This document shows, piece after piece, positions 59,018 through 64,000 of a DNA stretch of 64,000 nt. The notes beneath the pieces are model-generated. The model saw only the letters and a list, made by a program, of their open reading frames with translations. It made no database searches and was not told where the DNA came from. The stretch spans positions 634,024-698,023 of the forward strand of contig NW_004797652.1 of assembly GCF_000002075.1 (NCBI RefSeq), written 5' to 3'. This DNA comes from Aplysia californica. Its lineage: Eukaryota. The number at the start of each line of letters is the position of its first letter. Positions within the stretch are counted from its first letter, which is position 1. The position numbers and the translations under genes are program-made.

Positions 59018-59693
59018 AAAAGTATGCAACTAGAACTTAACTCGATTTTGTAATGGTGAAAGAATTGATCAGTGGAGTAACATTGTACAGCATTGGATAT
59101 TCGAGTGGCAAGATTATATATACATACATTTGTATGCTTTATATAGTAGATAATGGTTGTTTTGTTTTATAAGTCTTTGGATCATATGTTTCAAGTGTAC
59201 TTAATTGGTGGCATTGGGTTATTCCTGACGTGAGTATGAAGCTGTATCTCTCCCACCCATCTCGGTTGTGCAGAACATAATGGTGGTGTTCAATGTCTTC
59301 TGTGACCATTTTTTGTTTTTGTGTAATAAAAATGTCACAGATCTTTTCATGGATCCTTTTTTCGTAGTAGTTTTTATTGACATCTGTGGTTTCTCGAAAA
59401 TTATAGTAATTTTCTAGAAATTATAGTAATTTTCTTTTATTGATTCCTGTGGTAGTCATAAATGGGTATCGTACATGAGCGTGCTGATTTTTTGTTTATA
59501 TGAATAGAAGCAGTCTATCAGTCTTCAAATATTAAGGAATGAATTTGGTTCCTTAGAAATATTCTTACGACCAATCCTCTACTTTCTGTTAAGTCTTTGT
59601 TATTTCTTTTAACTTCTTTTTAAATGTTCTTAGCTGCCTTCTTTCTGGTAACCTTTGGCCACCCTGATATGATAATCATTTTCTATTTTGTAG

Positions 59694-59827
59694 TTACAAA
59701 GAGGATACAGATGAAGCCACAGATTCTGACGACATCATTGAAGCTGCTACACCTGTTGCTGAGGTGGAAGAAGACAACAGGGAGACTATTGAGAAGGTCT
59801 TGGATGGTCGCAGAGGGAGAAAAGGAG
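59694..59827 (+). CDS. CHD1: CHD1/2 exon, start of chromodomain 1 ([31 protein letters not shown])
   Basis: Strong similarity to CHD1/2; canonical sites. Confidence 0.93.
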
Positions 59828-60504
59828 GTAAGTGGTTAATTAGTGCGACCACTAACTGACCACTCCATTCATTTGTTATTTGTATGGTTTGGAGTTTTTA
59901 TTTTGCATAATGGATAAACTCTACTTTTTTCTGTCAGTTTCAGTGTTATTTTACTTGGATATGGTTGCAGATTGTTTAGCTCTGATCACAGTTATGTTAT
60001 TCTGAGAATAATATGAAGGATCTGTCATTTGATATTGGTCGCTGTTTTGGTATTTTTTGCCTTGTGTTGAGTTTGATCCATATCATTTCTTCATTTCTCT
60101 TAAGCCCAAGGGTAGTTATGAGTGTATAATGAGTTGATAAGTCTGCTTTTTAGAAGACATGGTGCAAAATGAAAATAATACAGGTTATGGTTACCCAGGT
60201 TAAAAGTGAAGGCACTGGAAACATGTTTAGGCCACTTTCTTGTTGCTATTTTTGTTTTGCTTCTAACATTAACACATCAGAACTTATTTGATTTACTATA
60301 ACTTAATTGGGTTGGTTGTATAGAGATTGATGTGTATGCATCCAGTGATAGTCTACTGCGTTTTGAGGTCAGTGTCCTCAGTTTGTTCTCATGCCTGGGA
60401 AAATATTTGAAGCCCATAATGGATGTCTGCTACGATAATTTTTATTTTTTGGTATGGTTTTAGCGCATATGTCTCTTATTTTTAAAATGCCATTATTATT
60501 TCAG

Positions 60505-60736
60505 CTACAGGGCATAAGACAACCTTGTACAATGTCCGCGAGAACAGAGATCCAAATACAACCCCCTTGAAGGAAGGAGAGAAAGAGGAATTTGAGAAGC
60601 ACTACCTCATCAAGTGGAAAGGATGGTCTCATATCCATAATACTTGGGAAGCAGAAGCTTCTCTAAGAGAGCAGAAAGTCAATGGCATGAAGAAGTTTGA
60701 AAACTTTTTGAAACGAGAAGAAGAAATTCGGGATTG
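60505..60736 (+). CDS. CHD1: CHD1/2 exon, chromodomain 1 (YLIKWKGWSHIHNTWE)
   Basis: Diagnostic CHD1/2 chromodomain motif. Confidence 0.96.
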
Positions 60737-61138
60737 GTTAGTTTTTTTCCCCATCCAAGTCTGTTGTTATGTGTATTATTGCCTTTAAAAAAAAATCGAG
60801 TCCTTTTTGTGTATTTTCTTTTAAAAAAATGAAAGCTGATGTACCCATTTATTACCACAGTACACTGCTCAGGGCTGAAATAATATTTCTCCAAGTGTTT
60901 ACGTTTTAGCAATTCAGTCAGCGTTGGAGATTATTAAAGATGATCTCTTGAAGTTTTTATAGTTTGTTTCTGCGCTTTTCTTTAGTCAAGTTGTTACTCT
61001 CATATCTCATCATTGATTATTTGAGGACACTAGTACCTAAGAAAATACCTTTGTGATATTAATTTTTGGTAAACTTGAGCCTTTGTTGCCTGTTGTCTAG
61101 TACATTTTTGGTATGTAAAAAAACATTTTACTCTACAG

Positions 61139-61239
61139 GAAAGCATCAGCCTCTCCTGAAGATTGTGAATACTATGACTGTCAGCAGGAAATGATGCAGG
61201 ATCTTATTGAGTCTCACAAGACTGTGGAAAGGATAATTG
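61139..61239 (+). CDS. CHD1: CHD1/2 exon, inter-chromo linker (ASPEDCEYYDCQQE..VERII)
   Basis: Conserved motif; phase-consistent. Confidence 0.95.
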
Positions 61240-61510
61240 GTAAGGATCCTTGTCTATTTGTTTTCATTTAATGGTAGAAAATAATTTAGATAAATATTGT
61301 TTTACATTCAGGAAGTAAAAAAAAAGATGTAATTATTCACATTATATTTGTGGGGGGAGAGGGTGTTCTGAGAACTTTGTTCATTTTCTTAAAGCCACAC
61401 ATCAATATATCTTGGGTTCATGGGGCTTTATGTTTTGCTAAATTTTTGGAGTTATTAGATATAGTTTTTATGCTTATATATGCTTACAACCTGTTTTGGG
61501 ACTTTTTCAG

Positions 61511-61683
61511 CTCACAGGAAAGAGAACAATGGCAATTCAGACTACTTGTGCAAGTGGCAAGGTCTGCCTTACTCTGATTGCACATGGGAGGATGGAGACC
61601 TGATCTCAAAACTTTTTCAGAGCCATATTGACAAGTACTTAGCTAGGAACAAGTCTCAGTGTATTCCTACCAAATTGAGCAGG
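61511..61683 (+). CDS. CHD1: CHD1/2 exon, chromodomain 2 (YLCKWQGLPYSDCTWED)
   Basis: Diagnostic motif. Confidence 0.96.
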
Positions 61684-62170
61684 GTAAGTTGTCTTTTCCA
61701 GTAAAATAATGCATTTCATTTATGACTCTAATAAGATAAATGAACACTTTCTTATCAGACTCCGGCTTTCATGTGGAAGATCTGAATGTTTTGTTTTTTT
61801 CTAAATGGCAGTGAACTTCAACAATTGTAATTTTAAAGACAAAGGCTATTTGATTCCCAGTCTTGACGTTTAGCTGATATGAATAAGTCCTAGAAATGGA
61901 CAGAAATAGATATCACCCTGCTTGCTGTTGACTCCTGAATTACTTTGTTTCAAAATCGGAAAAATAAGTTAGTAAAGTTGCCAAAATTAGTATTGGATTG
62001 TGTCCCATCGTTAATACATCCAGATTTGGGTGTGATGAACAAGATCAAATGTGCCTTGGATTATTTCTGAATGTAGACACAGCATGTTAAACGTCAGTTC
62101 AACCCTAACATTTCATATTTGAATTCCTGCAGCCCTATTTGCTTCTAATCTGTCACTTGGTATTCTGCAG

Positions 62171-62298
62171 GTTCTGAAGGCTCGTCCAAAGTTTGTCCCA
62201 TTGAAAAGTCAACCAGCGCATCTGGGAGGTTCTGATAATTTAGCACTCAGGGATTATCAGTTGGATGGTCTCAACTGGATGGTGCATTCTTGGTGCAA
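62171..62298 (+). CDS. CHD1: CHD1/2 exon ([25 protein letters not shown])
   Basis: SNF2 Q-motif region; canonical sites. Confidence 0.96.
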
Positions 62299-62495
62299 GT
62301 ACGTTAAAGGCAAATTGTATCATGAAATTGAAAAATGATCACTGCTAAAGAATTTCTCAGTACCAGTTTTATTTTTTAATATATTTTTTTTATATACACT
62401 TTGAGGTACGTTGACGCACTCAGAGTAAGCATTTTATCAGAAAACAGTGTTTTTAATCATGTTGTGTTTGTAAGTTTGAAATTAAATTTAGATTT

Positions 62496-62668
62496 TAGGT
62501 GTTTGGCGGGTGCTCTGGTGTGGTGTGCTTCTTCTTTCCTATGAAACATCTATCGTCCTTATCTCACCTTCTTGTTTTTTATGTTTGTTACTCTTTTGTA
62601 ACACCTCTAAATCTTTTGGCGCTCATATGACCTTATGCAGTTGCGAGCGTTGTAAAACCTCTACTAAA
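62496..62668 (+). mobile_element. ~170-bp short retroelement without a tRNA head, with I/Nimb tail
   Basis: Tail GGCGCTCATATGACCTTATGCAGTTGCGAGCGTTGTAAAAC; near-TSD AAAT(T/A)TAGATTT. Confidence 0.75.
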
Positions 62669-63144
62669 AAATATAGATTTACATTACCATGAATCGACTG
62701 GTGGTTAGGTCAGGGCTGATATGTTTACTTCTTCAATTCTTTTCAATATTTGAAACTGAAAACACTGTAAGGCCAGCACCTTTTCCCCTTATTGCCATGG
62801 AAAGAAGTGGGCCCCATCTAGTGCTAGACTACATTACTTTTGTAAAAGTTACTCAAGAAATGCCTGTTTTACTTTCTGTTTCACTTTCATTTGAATAGTG
62901 TTCTTAGAATAATTTTTTTAAACTTTTACTTTAGAAATGTTCTTAATCATTCCTTCCACACTCTTTTTGCATTTTAATTTTTCGTTTTATTTTTGTGCTT
63001 CTGTTTTAATTGGCTGAATAAGGTTTTTTATTTAATTATTCTTTACATTTTGATTTGCCTACTTTGTTTTTGGATGTTAACTCATATTTCATGTTATAGA
63101 GATAAATTCAAACAACAATGTCCTTTTATTTCTTCTAAATTCAG

Positions 63145-63361
63145 GGAAAACTCTGTGATACTGGCAGACGAAATGGGCCTTGGCAAGACCATTCAGATAA
63201 TTAGCTTCATCTCTCATATGTACAACCAGTACCAGCTGTATGGGCCTTTCTTACTTGTGGTCCCCTTGTCCACAGTGGTGGCCTGGCAGAGAGAGTTCGA
63301 TAAGTGGGCTCCAGAGATGAATGTGATTATCTACATGGGAGACGTCGGTAGTCGATCAATG
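63145..63361 (+). CDS. CHD1: CHD1/2 exon, ATPase motifs I/Ia ([24 protein letters not shown])
   Basis: Walker A motif of SNF2 helicases. Confidence 0.97.
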
Positions 63362-63970
63362 GTATATGTTTTTGGCTTCATTGTCCGAGCATAGTTTTAT
63401 TATAGTGATACAAGAATATTGTTTTTGAAAGGGCTTTGGTTGTCATGCTGATGAGTTTGGAAAATGAATTGTATTTCTGTAGCCTGTCATGGAGTCTTCA
63501 CCTGGTGTGTCCAAGAATAAAAATAATAAAGAACCTGACAGGCTACAGAAAACAATTCATTTTCCAAACTCATAAGCATGACAAACCAAAGCCCTTTCAA
63601 AAACAATATTCTTGTATCACTATAATCAGCTGTAGATTTAATGTTTAACCAAATTTTAGAACACTAAAACATATTTTGTCATTTTCATATCTAAGTGGTT
63701 GGACAAATATGGATTTTGATTTAAGATATAGAATCACTGAGTGCTCATGGGAATATCGTAGCTCAAAAGGGTTTTTCTATTGCTGAACACTGATAAGGAG
63801 TTATTTTATTTAGTAGTCTTTTTATGCAAATGATTTTGTTTTTGTGTGTAAGTGTGAATATATATTTTATTGATGTAGGTAGTGTTCTTGTCTGTCACTG
63901 TCATTCCATGAAGTTTTTCTATGAGTCCTGTTAACACTTTTTGTGAATGGTGTTTCAAAATATTTTTCAG

Positions 63971-64000
63971 TTGCGGGAACAGGAGTGGAGGCATCCAGGA
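63971..64000 (+). CDS. CHD1: CHD1/2 exon start (LREQEWRHPG), runs off the window
   Basis: TTTTTCAG acceptor, phase 0; aligns with CHD1 IRxHEW. Confidence 0.8.
   Translation, partial: MREQEWRHPG

Overview
Eukaryotic draft-assembly window from an invertebrate animal, probably a deuterostome such as an echinoderm (inferred from the Mag/SURL-type Ty3 element, Deu-domain SINEs and intron style). It has nine N-gaps: 8223-8322, 13623-13722, 19258-19357, 21008-21107, 36116-36308, 36745-36877, 36954-37187, 38287-38452 and 51917-52146. Two spliced + strand host genes are present: the last two coding exons of a FAM81 homolog (24540-25915) and the 5' part of a CHD1/CHD2 chromatin remodeller. The latter has 13 phase-consistent exons from 45623 to the window end plus a candidate 9-nt ATG-bearing first coding segment at 43744, and covers the N-terminal acidic region, both chromodomains and the start of the SNF2 ATPase. 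The first 24 kb is TE-dense: RTE and I/Nimb LINE remnants, minisatellites, nested MITEs with reciprocal empty sites, and a Mag-clade Ty3/Gypsy family present as a solo LTR, a near-complete copy and a 3' half copy. Part of this region (11267-13140 vs 19358-21007) looks like two haplotypes placed in tandem, with read-phasing errors around a poly-C. No prokaryotic features, CRISPR or intact RNA genes were found. Best leads: FAM81-CHD1/2 linkage and a possible CHASERR-like upstream unit; several distinct short retroelements sharing one LINE tail, including a ~170 bp element without a tRNA head; a CAC-terminated Transib/Chapaev-like element; and a strong excess of TAGATCTA/TAGGCCTA palindromes.
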